DNA of 64,000 bases, taken from assembly GCA_046757565.1 (NCBI GenBank), contig JBHHYN010000004.1, positions 4,086-68,085 on the forward strand. Reading direction: 5' to 3'. The stretch is from Gammaproteobacteria bacterium. GTDB taxonomy: Bacteria > Pseudomonadota > Gammaproteobacteria > Eutrophobiales > Eutrophobiaceae. This document shows positions 9,450 to 20,395 of this stretch, piece after piece. The position numbers and the translations under genes were made by a program. Numbering within the stretch: position 1 is the first letter of the stretch; each line of letters begins with the position of its first letter. The notes under the pieces are model-generated. The model had not been told where the DNA came from. It made no database searches and saw nothing but the letters and a program-made list of their open reading frames with translations.

Positions 9450-9791
9450 GAAAGAGATGATTTGCCGGTCCTCAGCCAACCAGAGTTTTTCCAATTGATA
9501 ATAGTCACGGGTAACTGGATGCATAAGGTGGGCAACCACATCACCTATATCGACCAGTATCCATTCCGCCTGCCGTTCTCCCTCGACACCGAGGGGAGGC
9601 ATGCCTAACTCCTTCGAGGTTTCGATCACCTTTTCAGCCAGCGCCTTGACCTGGCGGCCCGACCTGCCACTAGCGATGATCATAATATCGGTGATCGAAG
9701 TGAGATTTTGGACATCAAGGACCTGTATATCCACAGCCTTGAGTTCATCCAATGCTGCGTAGAGTTTTTTCGAAATCTGCCTTGGCGTCAT
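9444..9791 (-). CDS. rsfS: ribosome silencing factor RsfS (Iojap)
   Basis: 115-aa Iojap-like sequence; conserved nadD-rsfS synteny. Confidence 0.85.
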   Translation of the reverse strand: MTPRQISKKLYAALDELKAVDIQVLDVQNLTSITDIMIIASGRSGRQVKALAEKVIETSKELGMPPLGVEGERQAEWILVDIGDVVAHLMHPVTRDYYQLEKLWLAEDRQIISFK

Positions 9792-9796
9792 ACGGC

Positions 9797-10435
9797 TTAT
9801 TGATAGAGGCCCTGTTGCTGTATGTATTCGATGACGTTGTCCGGCAACAGATACCTGACATCCCTGTTTACTGCAAGCAAACGGCGGATCCGTGTCGCAG
9901 AGATATCCAGCATGGGGATATTGAGTTTATGGATACGGCCGGCAGGTGTCCGGCGAATGACGGAGGGATCTTCGGTTGAATGTTTTGTAAAAAGCTGTGC
10001 AATTTCCCGATGTGTAAAATCTGTTTTGTTTCCCGGTCTATCTACAACGATAACATGCACATAATTTAATAGCAAAGCCCACTCATGCCAGGAATTCAAT
10101 GACTGGAAGGCGTCCATGCCCATAATCAGGCATAGTGGCCGGCCGCCCAGCTCCTGTCGACAAGCCTTGACGGTATCCACGCTGTAGGAGATACCGCCAC
10201 GCTGCAACTCACACCTATCGATGAGGAGTCCGCTGACCTTTTCTAGGGCGAGTCTCAGCATGACCACTCTTTGCTCAGGACTGGCGATCGGGTTATTGCG
10301 ATGGGGGGCGGTATGCAGGGGGATTAACCGGACCTCGGCCAGGTCCAGTTCCTGCCGGACCTCCATTGCCATGCGCAAATGTCCATAATGTACCGGATCG
10401 AAGGTACCACCCAATAAACCTATCGGCTTTAGCAT
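9797..10435 (-). CDS. nadD: nicotinate-nucleotide adenylyltransferase
   Basis: GGTFDPVHYGHL nucleotidyltransferase motif; 212 aa. Confidence 0.9.
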   Translation of the reverse strand: MLKPIGLLGGTFDPVHYGHLRMAMEVRQELDLAEVRLIPLHTAPHRNNPIASPEQRVVMLRLALEKVSGLLIDRCELQRGGISYSVDTVKACRQELGGRPLCLIMGMDAFQSLNSWHEWALLLNYVHVIVVDRPGNKTDFTHREIAQLFTKHSTEDPSVIRRTPAGRIHKLNIPMLDISATRIRRLLAVNRDVRYLLPDNVIEYIQQQGLYQ

Positions 10436-10442
10436 CAGGAGA

Positions 10443-10524
10443 GTGAAAAGTGAAAAGTGAAAAGTGAAAAGAACAAAAGCATTATTCCTTTATACTTTTA
10501 ACTTTTCACTTTTCACTTTTTACT
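10443..10524. repeat. heptamer tandem-repeat palindrome: 4x GTGAAAA, a 26-nt spacer, then 4x TTTTCAC-like units
   Basis: 10443-10470 is gtgaaaa x4. 10497-10524 is ttttaac, ttttcac, ttttcac, tttttac. The two blocks can form a hairpin of about 28 bp between the proA stop (10520-10522) and the nadD start (10435). Confidence 0.7.
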
Positions 10525-11776
10525 TCCTGATGTGTCCGTCACCAATGACGATGAATTTCTGTGACGTCAGGCCCTCCAGGCCAACGGGTCCACGGGCATG
10601 AAACTTGTCGGTGCTGATCCCCACTTCGGCGCCCAGTCCATACTCAAAACCGTCGGCAAACCGGGTCGAGACGTTCACCATGACCGAGCTGGAATCGACT
10701 TCGTTCAGGAAGCGGCGCGCCCGGCTGATATCTTCCGTGACAATGGCGTCTGTATGGTGTGAACCATATTTTTCGATATGTTCCATGGCCGCATCCATAT
10801 CTTCAACGATCTTCAATGACAGGATAGGGGCCAGGTACTCCGTTGCGTAATCCTCCTCCGTTGCCGCCTGGATATCCGGCAGGATGCCGAGGGATTTTTC
10901 ACAACCACGTATCTCGACACCGGCTTCCCGGTACATCGGTCCGAGCCGGGTAAGGACGGGTCTGGCGATGTCTTCCGCAAGCAGCAGGCATTCCATGGCA
11001 TTACAGACGCCATAACGCTGTGTCTTGGCATTGTAGGCGATGGCGACGGCCTTATCGATGTCCGCCCTGTCATCGATATAGACATGACAGAGACCGTCCA
11101 GATGCTTGATGACCGGCATCCTGGCCTCAGCGCTGACCCGCTGTATTAACCCCTTGCCACCCCGGGGAATGATGACATCGACATATTCCGGCAGACGCAA
11201 TAGTTCCCCTACCGCACTCCTGTCTGTGGTTCCGATCAGCTGAACGGCATCCTCAGGGAGACCGGCGCAGACCAACCCCTCACGGGTACAGGCGGCAATC
11301 GCCTGGTTTGAGTGCAAGGCTTCGGAACCGCCTCTCAGGATGGCGGCATTTCCGGATTTAATACACAACCCGGCTGCATCCGCCGTCACATTGGGCCGGG
11401 ACTCATAGATGATGCCCACCACCCCCAGAGGTACACGCATTCTGCCGACCTGCATACCGTTAGGTCGGTAACTCATGGTGCTAATCTCCCCAACAGGGTC
11501 GTTCAGAGCGGCGATTTGGATCAAACCGTCTGCCATCGCCCCGATCCTGGCAGGGGTAAGTTCCAGACGATCCAGCAGCGCATCGTTAAGACCCTTTTCT
11601 CGGGCCGTGGCCAGGTCCTTTTTATTCGCAGCCAGCAATTGCTTTTGCCGTTCACGAATAACGCCGGCAATGGCCTCCAGCGAGCGGTTTTTGATGCCGG
11701 AATCCGCGCGCGCCATGGCCCGTGCAGCGGCACGCGCCCGCTGACCTGTCTCTTGAATGTAAGTGCTTACGTTCAT
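10520..11776 (-). CDS. proA: gamma-glutamyl phosphate reductase
   Basis: 418-aa aldehyde dehydrogenase-family protein with strong ProA-like sequence throughout. Confidence 0.9.
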   Translation of the reverse strand: MNVSTYIQETGQRARAAARAMARADSGIKNRSLEAIAGVIRERQKQLLAANKKDLATAREKGLNDALLDRLELTPARIGAMADGLIQIAALNDPVGEISTMSYRPNGMQVGRMRVPLGVVGIIYESRPNVTADAAGLCIKSGNAAILRGGSEALHSNQAIAACTREGLVCAGLPEDAVQLIGTTDRSAVGELLRLPEYVDVIIPRGGKGLIQRVSAEARMPVIKHLDGLCHVYIDDRADIDKAVAIAYNAKTQRYGVCNAMECLLLAEDIARPVLTRLGPMYREAGVEIRGCEKSLGILPDIQAATEEDYATEYLAPILSLKIVEDMDAAMEHIEKYGSHHTDAIVTEDISRARRFLNEVDSSSVMVNVSTRFADGFEYGLGAEVGISTDKFHARGPVGLEGLTSQKFIVIGDGHIRK

Positions 11777-11833
11777 GCCTCGTGTCCCGGACTAAGGTAC
11801 GGAAATCGGGGTTCAGGATTGTAGAGGGAGGTT

Positions 11834-12892
11834 TTACCCAAGTCCGCCAGGATCCTGGTCCACGATCCTGTCCAGTGATTGTAACCTGATACCCGCCATT
11901 CGGAACATGAAATTCTCCAGCAGTTCCCAGGCACTGTTTTTAATGGCCCCTTTTACCGCCTTGTCCAGGGTCCCGGCAAGACGCAGTAATGACGCCAACT
12001 GCTTTTTATCCAGGCGGTCTAATACAGCATCGACTGCCGATCTGCGTTGTTGCCAGACCCGAAAGCCGGTGAATACCTTTTCCCTGGGCGTTCCGGCATC
12101 TATGGCGAATGCCATGGAGCAGATGCGCCTGAATTCCCACATCAGCGCACCCACAACAGCCAGCGGTTCAACCCCCTCTTTTCTGAGTCCCCTCAACATT
12201 CTCGCAGTGCGCTCTATATCACCTTGCAGGGTGTTTTCGATGAGGGTAAATATGTCGAATCGTGCGCTATCGGAGACAGCGTCCATGGCATCCTTGATAT
12301 CAATCCCGGGCCGGTCCACCAACAGACAGAGTTTTTCCAGTTCCTGCTTCGCCGCAAGCAGATTACCCTCTACTTTTTCAGCAATGAAAGTGGCTGCATC
12401 ACGGCTCATGCGCTTACCATATTGCTGTGTTCGTTTGATAATCCAAGCCGGCAACTTCACCGGCTCCACCGGCCAAATTTGAATGACCAGCCCTGCTTCA
12501 TCGAGCGCCTTGCACCAGCGGCTTTGTAGTGTCCTCTTGTCGAGCTTGCCGGCAATCACCAACAGGACATTATCGGGATTGGCCGCAGCGGTATATTCGA
12601 GCAAGGCGGCGCTGCCTTCCCTGCCCGGTTTACCGGTTTCCAGCCTGAGTTCAATGAGTCGCCGGCTGGCAAACAGGGAAAGTGCAGCATTGACACTCAT
12701 TAACTGACGCCAGTCAAAGTCCTTGTTTACATCCAGCACCATGCGCTCCTCAAATCCATTGGCGCGCGCATAGTGCCTGATTAAATCGGCCGTTTCCAGT
12801 ATCTGCAGGGGTTCATCGCCACTGATAAGGTAGACCGGCATGAGTCCCCGGCGGTCCAGACTGGCGGCGAGTTGATCGGCCTTGAGTCGCAT
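11834..12892 (-). CDS. holA: DNA polymerase III delta subunit
   Basis: 352 aa; N-terminus MRLKADQLAASL...PVYLISGDEPLQ is typical of HolA; leuS-lptE-holA synteny. Confidence 0.85.
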   Translation of the reverse strand: MRLKADQLAASLDRRGLMPVYLISGDEPLQILETADLIRHYARANGFEERMVLDVNKDFDWRQLMSVNAALSLFASRRLIELRLETGKPGREGSAALLEYTAAANPDNVLLVIAGKLDKRTLQSRWCKALDEAGLVIQIWPVEPVKLPAWIIKRTQQYGKRMSRDAATFIAEKVEGNLLAAKQELEKLCLLVDRPGIDIKDAMDAVSDSARFDIFTLIENTLQGDIERTARMLRGLRKEGVEPLAVVGALMWEFRRICSMAFAIDAGTPREKVFTGFRVWQQRRSAVDAVLDRLDKKQLASLLRLAGTLDKAVKGAIKNSAWELLENFMFRMAGIRLQSLDRIVDQDPGGLG

Positions 12893-12918
12893 TCTTTGAG
12901 AGAAGAAACCCTCTTTCT

Positions 12919-13428
12919 TTATCGATTCTTTAAGGCCGCATTCAGCCTCCTGATAATCCTCACAGCGGCCTGTTGCGTCAGATCGTTTTTAAAGACTTCT
13001 TCCTGTGTAACATTACCAAGCACCGCTTCTTCATCGAAGGTGTAGTCATGTGTCACGCTTATGGTTTCACCTGATAGCAAGAGTTTGGCATCGGCCCCCG
13101 ATACGGATATACCGGCAGTCAGAGTTAATTGATATTCCTCAATTTTCCCGGTATCGGGTGAGATCGACAAGATAGTACGTTTAAAGTTTTCGTTTTCGAC
13201 TTTGAGCACGTATTCGGCATCGCCGGCCATTTTTGTCACCCTGGTGCCGGCCGTTTGCAGCTGTAACTTCACTTCAGAGGCAAGCTTGTCCGCGTCAACG
13301 GCCTTTACAAACACACCCGGCAGACCTGTCGAAACCGTCTTTTGTGAACCGCGCAGGTGAAAACCACAGGCGGACAACACCAGTAGCGCAAGGATAAGCG
13401 GGTAATGTCTCCTCATGATATTTTTCAT
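12919..13428 (-). CDS. lptE: LPS-assembly lipoprotein LptE
   Basis: 169 aa, lipobox LVLSACGF; sits between leuS and holA as in other gammaproteobacteria. Confidence 0.8.
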   Translation of the reverse strand: MKNIMRRHYPLILALLVLSACGFHLRGSQKTVSTGLPGVFVKAVDADKLASEVKLQLQTAGTRVTKMAGDAEYVLKVENENFKRTILSISPDTGKIEEYQLTLTAGISVSGADAKLLLSGETISVTHDYTFDEEAVLGNVTQEEVFKNDLTQQAAVRIIRRLNAALKNR

Positions 13429-13541
13429 CTATTATTGTTCACGAAGCCGTTTCGTTAGTTATTTGTCTGTTTGCACCCTGAAGGAAATACACTTGATCTA
13501 TGCTCAGAGACCGGTAACAGATCCTCTCTATCTATCTTACC

Positions 13542-15986
13542 CTAAGCGACCACGATGTTCACCAGACGTTTAGGAACGATTATGACTTTTTTAATCTCCA
13601 TGCCGTCGACAAAGCGTTTGATGTTCTGGTTCACAAGGGCCACAGCCTTGATTTGTTGCTCGTCCGCCTCTGCAGGCACCATGATTTGCGCGCGCCGCTT
13701 ACCGTTAACCTGAACCACCAGCTGGATTTCATCCCTGTGCATGGCGGCCATATCGGCCTGCGGCCAGGCGGCATCGATAATCTGTTCCGAATGTCCCAAC
13801 TCCCGCCAGATAACCTGGGTAATATGTGGAACGATCGGTGACAACAACAGGACGATTGCCTCGATGCCTTCGCGCCGGATTGCGCGCCCGTTTGCCGATG
13901 CATCCTCGGCACGTGAAAGGGCATTGAATAATTCCATCACCGCGGCAATGGCTGTATTGAAGGTATAGCGGCGACCGATATCGTCATTCACCTTGACAAT
14001 GGTTTCATGGAGTTTACGACGCAGCTTACTTTGCTCCCGTGTCAGATCGTTCTCGCCGAGTTCTGCCGGGGAAGCCGCTATGACTTCGGCGGCAAACTTC
14101 CACAGGCGTTTCAGAAAACGGAATGCGCCTTCCACGGCGGAGTCCGACCATTCAAGGCTCTGATCGGGCGGGGACGTGAACATCATATACAAACGAACGG
14201 TATCGGCCCCGTATCGATCAATCAATGCCTGGGGATCGACGGTATTGCCCCGGGATTTGGACATCTTGCTGCCGTTCTTCAGTACCATGCCCTGGGTGAG
14301 CAGATTGGTAAAGGGCTCATCGCATTCCAGCAGACCTTCATCACGCATCAGTTTGTGAAAAAAGCGGGCATAAAGCAGGTGCAACACGGCATGTTCAATG
14401 CCTCCGACGTACTGATCCACAGGCAGCCAGTAATTGACCCGCTCATCAAGCATGGCCGTATCACAGTCCGGGCAACAAAAACGGGCGTAATACCAGGAGG
14501 ATTCGAAAAAGGTATCGAAAGTATCCGTCTCTTTCTCCACCGGCCGGCCCTGGAATTCGACCTTGCGCCATTCCGGGTTGGTTTTTATCGGTGAATTGAT
14601 ACCGTCCATTTCTACATCTTCGGGCAGGATTACCGGTAATCGCTCAGCCGGCACCGGCATCTCACCATTACCCGGGATGTTGTAGATGGGGATCGGGGCG
14701 CCCCAATAGCGCTGACGGGACACGCCCCAGTCACGCAGGCGGTAATTGATCTTGCGCCGCCCCTTGTTTGTTGCCTCCAGCCAATCGGCGATAGCAGCAA
14801 AGGCCTGTTCTGAAGTAAGACCGTCAAAGCGGCCGGAATGCTTCAGTATGCCGTGCTCGAGGAAGGCGCCGGTTTCGATACCCGGATCGCCGCCATCTTC
14901 CGGGTAGATTACCGGTTTAACCGGCAAATGGTATTTCGTTGCAAACTCCCAGTCCCGTTGATCGTGGGCGGGGACCGCCATCACTGCGCCGGTTCCATAT
15001 CCCATGAGGACAAAATTGGCGACCCATAAAGGCAAGGTCTCGCCATTGACGGGATGAATAATATCTATCCCCAACGGCATGCCTTTTTTTTCCATGGTCT
15101 CAAGCTCGGCCTCCGACATCCCGGTTTGACGGCACTCCTGCAGAAACCCGGCCAGTTCGGGATTGCTTTTCGCCGCCTTCATAGAGACGGGATGCTCGGC
15201 GGCTACGGCCATATAGCTTACACCCATGATCGTATCCGCACGGGTAGTGAATATTGTGAGCTTCTCCCTGGTACCGGCGATCTCGAAATCGACTTCGACA
15301 CCCCTGGATTGACCAATCCAGTTGGCCTGCATGGTGCGCACCGCCTCCGGCCAACCGCTGAGTGTCTCCACATCGGCCAGCAACTCCTCTGCATAGGTGG
15401 TGATCTTGAGGAACCACTGCGGGATCTCCTTGCGCTGCACAGGGGTATTGCAACGCCAGCAACAACCCTCAATTACCTGTTCATTGGCAAGTACTGTTTC
15501 ATCCTCCGGGCACCAGTTCACCGCAGCAGTTTTTTTATACACCAGGCCTTTTTTATACAAGCGGTTAAAGAACCATTGCTCCCAGCGGTAATATTCCGGC
15601 CGGCAGGTGGCAATCTCACGCTGCCAGTCATAGGCAAATCCCAGGCGTTTAAGCTGGGAACGCATGTAATCAATGTTTGCATAGGTCCATTTGGCCGGAG
15701 GCACCCGGTTTTCTATGGCGGCATTTTCGGCAGGCAGGCCGAAGGCATCCCAGCCCATGGGCTGCAGCACGTTTTTTCCCTGCATGCGCTGATAACGTGA
15801 AATGACATCGCCAATGGTGTAGTTGCGCACATGACCCATGTGTAGCTTGCCGCTGGGATAGGGAAACATGGACAGGCAGTAAAATTTCTCCTTATCCGGA
15901 TCTTCCGTCACGCTGAAAGCGTGGGTTTGTTCCCAGGATTCCTGTACTTCAACCTCTATGGCTGCCGGATCGTATCGATTTTTCAT
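13542..15986 (-). CDS. leuS: leucyl-tRNA synthetase
   Basis: 814-aa class I aaRS with HMGH ([15 protein letters not shown]) and KMSKS ([10 protein letters not shown]) motifs. Confidence 0.95.
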   Translation of the reverse strand: MKNRYDPAAIEVEVQESWEQTHAFSVTEDPDKEKFYCLSMFPYPSGKLHMGHVRNYTIGDVISRYQRMQGKNVLQPMGWDAFGLPAENAAIENRVPPAKWTYANIDYMRSQLKRLGFAYDWQREIATCRPEYYRWEQWFFNRLYKKGLVYKKTAAVNWCPEDETVLANEQVIEGCCWRCNTPVQRKEIPQWFLKITTYAEELLADVETLSGWPEAVRTMQANWIGQSRGVEVDFEIAGTREKLTIFTTRADTIMGVSYMAVAAEHPVSMKAAKSNPELAGFLQECRQTGMSEAELETMEKKGMPLGIDIIHPVNGETLPLWVANFVLMGYGTGAVMAVPAHDQRDWEFATKYHLPVKPVIYPEDGGDPGIETGAFLEHGILKHSGRFDGLTSEQAFAAIADWLEATNKGRRKINYRLRDWGVSRQRYWGAPIPIYNIPGNGEMPVPAERLPVILPEDVEMDGINSPIKTNPEWRKVEFQGRPVEKETDTFDTFFESSWYYARFCCPDCDTAMLDERVNYWLPVDQYVGGIEHAVLHLLYARFFHKLMRDEGLLECDEPFTNLLTQGMVLKNGSKMSKSRGNTVDPQALIDRYGADTVRLYMMFTSPPDQSLEWSDSAVEGAFRFLKRLWKFAAEVIAASPAELGENDLTREQSKLRRKLHETIVKVNDDIGRRYTFNTAIAAVMELFNALSRAEDASANGRAIRREGIEAIVLLLSPIVPHITQVIWRELGHSEQIIDAAWPQADMAAMHRDEIQLVVQVNGKRRAQIMVPAEADEQQIKAVALVNQNIKRFVDGMEIKKVIIVPKRLVNIVVA

Positions 15987-16154
15987 GCCTTCTCGTTCAT
16001 AAATCGTTTCAGGGCAATTCCGGGGAGTGGTACATGTACCTGTCCCGCTGTAACGGAAAGTTTAAGGATGCAATGAATCAGCGTTTCCCCAAAAGACTAC
16101 AGGATACAGCAGTGCAGTCTGAACGGACAAGCAATGCAGCGCCTTGCCACAGGC

Positions 16155-16195
16155 ACAAAAAAGCGGACCGCCTGAATCACAGGGAGGTCCGCCAA
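16155..16195 (-). terminator. rho-independent terminator downstream of comEA
   Basis: On the minus strand: ggcggacc...ggtccgc stem followed by tttttt. Confidence 0.55.
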
Positions 16196-16213
16196 AGAGG
16201 GATGAAAGACGGT

Positions 16214-16492
16214 TTATTTCATCTTATTTTTTTTCCCTACGGTCAGGGTAGCGTGGTTCTTCTCAACAACGGAAGAACCGACACCCTTTACCTCCGCCAG
16301 CTCTTCAATGGACCTGAACGGACCATTTTGATTGCGGTAGGCAACAATTGCCTCCGCCAGCCTTTCACCGATCCCGTTAACCGACATCAGCAACTCTTTG
16401 TCCGCCGTATTGATATTAATTGCCTCGCCGGCAAACAGAATTAAAGGAAGGATTAAAAGAACGGCAAGAACAGATCTCCTGAGGTTTTCCAT
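16214..16492 (-). CDS. comEA: ComEA-family helix-hairpin-helix DNA-binding protein
   Basis: Start moved to the internal Met (MENLRRSVLAVLL...), which has an aggaga RBS. INTADKELLMSVNGIGERLAEAIVAYRNQNGPFRSIEEL is the HhH competence motif. Confidence 0.75.
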   Translation of the reverse strand: MENLRRSVLAVLLILPLILFAGEAININTADKELLMSVNGIGERLAEAIVAYRNQNGPFRSIEELAEVKGVGSSVVEKNHATLTVGKKNKMK

Positions 16493-16683
16493 GTTTATCT
16501 CCTTTGTTGTTAATTTGCGTCCTGAAAGCTCCATTTAAGCTCCATGAGACAGTGATAACTCTAATACAATTGTAAACAAATTGGAATATACCCCAAAAAG
16601 GGGATAAAGATTCGGCCGGATGAGCCAGTTAGCAGCAACTTATCGTGGCCGTATGTCCCGGTGCCGGAGGAATGCCTGATAAA

Positions 16684-17976
16684 TTAGAATTTGATCACAA
16701 TATCCGTCTGCAACAGGTTCTGGTCGGTATTACCGGCAATTTTTTCGCTCCGATAGAAATCCAGTCCCAAAACCACATTTTTCATGACCGCATAATTGAC
16801 GATAAATTCGTGTCCCTTGATCCCCGTCAGGCCATCGAAACGATCGGAATCAGGTAGAAAATCCGGGAACGCATTGGCCTCCAGACGGGCATAAATGTAT
16901 TTGAACTGCCATGTCCCTGCATGCGCGGTTTTTTTATCCCCGAACTTCAGGCCAACCGCATAACCGGTATCTTCCGGACTGCCGGTATCGGCATTTTTTA
17001 TAAAATCGGTAAACACAGCAGCACTTTTTCCGCTTCCGAAAATATTTGAGGCACCGATTTCAGCGGACAATCCGAGTGAATCAAATCTGAAATCCGTATT
17101 GGTTCCTTCCGAGTTTGTCAGGACAGCGAGACTGCTGATATCATTGAAGCCATAATATGTCGCAGCGGCAGTCGCATAGAAGTCATCCGTTCTGAATTTC
17201 TGCCCCAATTGTCCATAAAACAGATAGGGATCATTACTTGAATTGGGGTCCTCCTCAAGCACCCAGATACCCGTATTGACAAAGGTATCGCCCAGCGCAT
17301 TTCTGAAATCGAAACCGGCGGAAAAGCCTTCCGGGTTAATGTCTGAATCCCATATCAGATCGGTCGGCGCCCACAGATAATGCTTACGTTTGAACTTGCC
17401 GGCAATGGCCTTTATTGAGTCCGTTGCTCTAAATTCCGCATAGGCATAATCCAGCCCGATATTCTTTGTATCAAAGGAGCCATCAAATGACTGATTGGTG
17501 GAACGTTGATCACTCGAGCCACTGGCCAGGCCCGCTCCCACCTCGACCCTGTTGACGGGGTGTGCAATGAAACCAAGCCGATAACGGACCCTGCCTCTAC
17601 CCCTGTTGGGTTTTCCATCCTCGGTCTGTTTTTGATAGCGCATGCGCGCATCCCCTTTAATTCTTATCTTCTCTGCCCACCTGGCCCTGTCCAGTCCCCT
17701 GACCGTTTGAGTAATTTCCTTTTTGAAATCATGGTTGACCTCATCAGATTTCTCCTCATCGGCCCTGGCGGCATTAACCAGCAGACCGTATTCCTCTGCT
17801 GAAATACTGCCTTTGTCCTTCAGGAGTTTAAGCAACTCCAGCATGGCGTCACTGCCTGCAAAGACAGGCATCGAGAGAAATAACATAGAGGCAAGCATGA
17901 GTATACTGTTCAGGTATTTGACTTTTTTCTTGTTTAACACATTTATTCTCCCACGATTAAGGGTTATAGACTCCAC
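16684..17976 (-). CDS. Pho-box-regulated putative outer-membrane porin (phosphate-starvation porin candidate)
   Basis: 430 aa with a signal peptide, a helical N-terminal segment, a G/S/D/N/Y-rich beta-strand body and a C-terminal ...IVIKF. Pho box lies upstream. The start codon is uncertain. Confidence 0.55.
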   Translation of the reverse strand: MESITLNRGRINVLNKKKVKYLNSILMLASMLFLSMPVFAGSDAMLELLKLLKDKGSISAEEYGLLVNAARADEEKSDEVNHDFKKEITQTVRGLDRARWAEKIRIKGDARMRYQKQTEDGKPNRGRGRVRYRLGFIAHPVNRVEVGAGLASGSSDQRSTNQSFDGSFDTKNIGLDYAYAEFRATDSIKAIAGKFKRKHYLWAPTDLIWDSDINPEGFSAGFDFRNALGDTFVNTGIWVLEEDPNSSNDPYLFYGQLGQKFRTDDFYATAAATYYGFNDISSLAVLTNSEGTNTDFRFDSLGLSAEIGASNIFGSGKSAAVFTDFIKNADTGSPEDTGYAVGLKFGDKKTAHAGTWQFKYIYARLEANAFPDFLPDSDRFDGLTGIKGHEFIVNYAVMKNVVLGLDFYRSEKIAGNTDQNLLQTDIVIKF

Positions 17977-18070
17977 CGATTCTTCTCCTTTTATGAGGCT
18001 GGTTTGATTTCAGGGATGGCGATGATACGGGTTGTCTGTTGCAGGTAGATGAATATGAGATGACGCCGGG

Positions 18071-18099
18071 ATGAAAGAATTATGACAGCAGTGTTACAA
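18071..18099 (-). promoter_or_regulatory. Pho box (1.5 boxes) upstream of the porin gene
   Basis: Minus strand reads TTGTAAC-actg-CTGTCAT-aatt-CTTTCAT: 7-nt direct repeats with 4-nt spacers, about 95 nt upstream of the porin start. Confidence 0.65.
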
Positions 18100-18160
18100 A
18101 AACACAGAGGAGGGTTTAAGATTGCTGGTTATAAAGATAAGATCACGAAATTTATGATCG

Positions 18161-18178
18161 CCGTCATGAAACTGTAAC
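18161..18178 (+). promoter_or_regulatory. Pho box upstream of phoB
   Basis: CCGTCAT-gaaa-CTGTAAC, about 45 nt upstream of the phoB start. Confidence 0.55.
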
Positions 18179-18225
18179 AGGTTTGCTATCTAATAGCATG
18201 CATGCTGAATGCATCCACAGGGCAA

Positions 18226-18915
18226 ATGAAAGAAAAGATACTCATCGTTGAAGATGAGGCGGCAATCCGGGAAATGCTTGGGTATACGCTGATGAAGGAG
18301 GGCTTTTCATTCCAGGAGGCTGCTGATGTGGAACAGGCCCGCCCACTCATAACTGCGCGGAAACCTGATCTGATCCTGCTTGACTGGATGCTTCCCGGTA
18401 TGAGTGGAATCGATTATGCCCGCCGCCTGCGCAGTGATCCGGAAACCAGCAGCATCCCGGTTATCATATTGACAGCGAAAGGGGAGGAGGCTGACAAGGT
18501 GCGTGGCCTCGACAGCGGCGCCGATGATTATATCACCAAGCCCTTCTCAACCCGGGAATTACTGGCGCGTATCAAGGCCGTGCTCAGACGCACGGGCAAT
18601 AGCGAACAAACCGGTATTGTAACGGTTGCCGACCTGACACTGGATCCGGAGTCATACCGGGTCATGGTGCGGGACCAACATATCGACATCAGTCCCACTG
18701 AATTCCGGCTGTTACATTTTTTTATTTCTCACCCGGAACGGGTTTACAGCCGCGCCCAGTTGCTGGATCAGGTGTGGGGACAGAATGTCTATGTGGAAGA
18801 ACGTACGGTGGATGTGCATATCAGGCGCTTGCGCCAGACGCTGGCGCCGTTTGCTTACGATAAATTCATACAAACAGTCCGTAGTGTAGGCTACCGGTTT
18901 TCAGTTCACGGATAA
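18226..18915 (+). CDS. phoB: phosphate regulon response regulator PhoB
   Basis: Start moved to MKEKILIVEDEAAIREML (229 aa). OmpR-family receiver plus winged-helix domain; followed directly by phoR. Confidence 0.9.
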   Translation: MKEKILIVEDEAAIREMLGYTLMKEGFSFQEAADVEQARPLITARKPDLILLDWMLPGMSGIDYARRLRSDPETSSIPVIILTAKGEEADKVRGLDSGADDYITKPFSTRELLARIKAVLRRTGNSEQTGIVTVADLTLDPESYRVMVRDQHIDISPTEFRLLHFFISHPERVYSRAQLLDQVWGQNVYVEERTVDVHIRRLRQTLAPFAYDKFIQTVRSVGYRFSVHG

Positions 18916-18919
18916 CATT

Positions 18920-20236
18920 ATGAAAGAGGATTTTTGGCGATTTTCAGGCGTCATCATTCTTTCCGCATTGGCGGGCACCGTAACCGGACAAGTCACTGCC
19001 TGTCTGCTGGCCGGTGTGGTACTTTTTGTTTTCTGGCAATACCGGACCCTGAGGCGATTGTTGTTGTGGCTACAGCGCAGGGGGGAAAACGATCCGCCCG
19101 AAACTCCGGGCATCATTGATGAAATCTGCCGCGAAATTGACTCTATGCGGGTGCGGCATAAAAAGCGCAAAGCCAAATTATCCGGTTTTCTGAACCGTTT
19201 TCAGGACTCGACCGCCGCCCTGCCGGATGCCATTGTCATACTGGGAATGGGGAGTGAGATAGAGTGGGCGAACAACAAGGCACAGGATTATCTCGGGGTG
19301 AATTGGCCCCAGGATGCGAGACAACGTATCTCCAACCTGATCCGCCATCCTGAGCTGATGAACTACATCGGTAACGAGAGTCGCTACAACTCCGGCCAGA
19401 GTCTGCAACTGTCATCACCGGTTAACAACGGGCTGGAACTCGAACTCAGGGTGGTCCCCTATGGTAAAAAGCAGAAACTGCTGGTAGCCAGGGACATTAC
19501 AAAAATACACCGTATCAACCGGATGCGCAAAGACTTTATTGCCAATGCCTCCCATGAGTTACGTACACCTCTGACCGTTATTGCCGGGTACCTGGAGGGA
19601 CTTGACAGTGAAGAGTGTCCGCCTGGCTGGAGGCCGCAGATAGAACAGATGCGCCGGCAGACTGAGCGTATGCAGAGACTGATTGAAGATCTGCTGATGC
19701 TGTCTTCGCTGGAATCGGATGTCGCACAGCAGGAGAAAGAGGTAGTAGCCGTTCCGGAAATGCTCTCAACGATCTATCAGGAGGCCCAATCCCTGAGTGG
19801 CATAATGGGGCATATATTTTATCTGGAAACCGATGCGGATCTCCGCGTAAAGGGCTACCAGCGCGAGTTGTATAGTGCCTTCTCCAACCTGGTTTTCAAT
19901 GCGGTGCAGCATACCCCCGAGAAGGGGATCATTCGTATCAAATGGTATAGAGAGGGAAACAATGCCTGTCTTGAGGTTATCGACACAGGAGCGGGTATCG
20001 GTGCAGAACACATACCCAGGTTAACGGAACGTTTCTACCGCGTCGATAAAGGACGCTCCCGGGACAAGGGTGGCACAGGGCTTGGGCTGGCCATCGTTAA
20101 ACACGCCCTGGTACGGCATGGCGCCAGCCTGCAGATTCATAGCCAACCGGGCAAGGGGAGTACGTTTCGCTGTGAATTCCCTGAACTGCTAATCATCACC
20201 AAACCAGTGGAGGATGCAGCAAGCCTGCCGGCCTGA
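18920..20236 (+). CDS. phoR: phosphate regulon sensor histidine kinase PhoR
   Basis: 438 aa; N-terminal TM segment, PAS region, H-box FIANASHELRTPLTVI, and N/G boxes. Confidence 0.9.
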   Translation: MKEDFWRFSGVIILSALAGTVTGQVTACLLAGVVLFVFWQYRTLRRLLLWLQRRGENDPPETPGIIDEICREIDSMRVRHKKRKAKLSGFLNRFQDSTAALPDAIVILGMGSEIEWANNKAQDYLGVNWPQDARQRISNLIRHPELMNYIGNESRYNSGQSLQLSSPVNNGLELELRVVPYGKKQKLLVARDITKIHRINRMRKDFIANASHELRTPLTVIAGYLEGLDSEECPPGWRPQIEQMRRQTERMQRLIEDLLMLSSLESDVAQQEKEVVAVPEMLSTIYQEAQSLSGIMGHIFYLETDADLRVKGYQRELYSAFSNLVFNAVQHTPEKGIIRIKWYREGNNACLEVIDTGAGIGAEHIPRLTERFYRVDKGRSRDKGGTGLGLAIVKHALVRHGASLQIHSQPGKGSTFRCEFPELLIITKPVEDAASLPA

Positions 20237-20279
20237 ACCGCCTCTTTTAGGGCACATCGAAAAACGCCCTTTAATTAAA

Positions 20280-20319
20280 CTGTCATAATCTCTTCATTAG
20301 CCTGTCATTAACACTTGCC
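20280..20319 (+). promoter_or_regulatory. tandem Pho boxes upstream of pstS
   Basis: CTGTCAT-aatc-TCTTCAT-tagc-CTGTCAT-taac-ACTTGCC, a canonical PhoB-binding array about 80 nt upstream of pstS. Confidence 0.7.
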
Positions 20320-20395
20320 AGAATCTGCCTTCAGCAGGGTTTACTGATCAACCGTAAGTCCGGTTATCCCACTATCAATTAATGGAGAATGAGAA

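Noticed and set aside
16034-16444. 136-aa plus-strand ORF overlapping comEA
   Set aside because: comEA on the minus strand has a strong RBS and an HhH motif; the plus ORF has no support.
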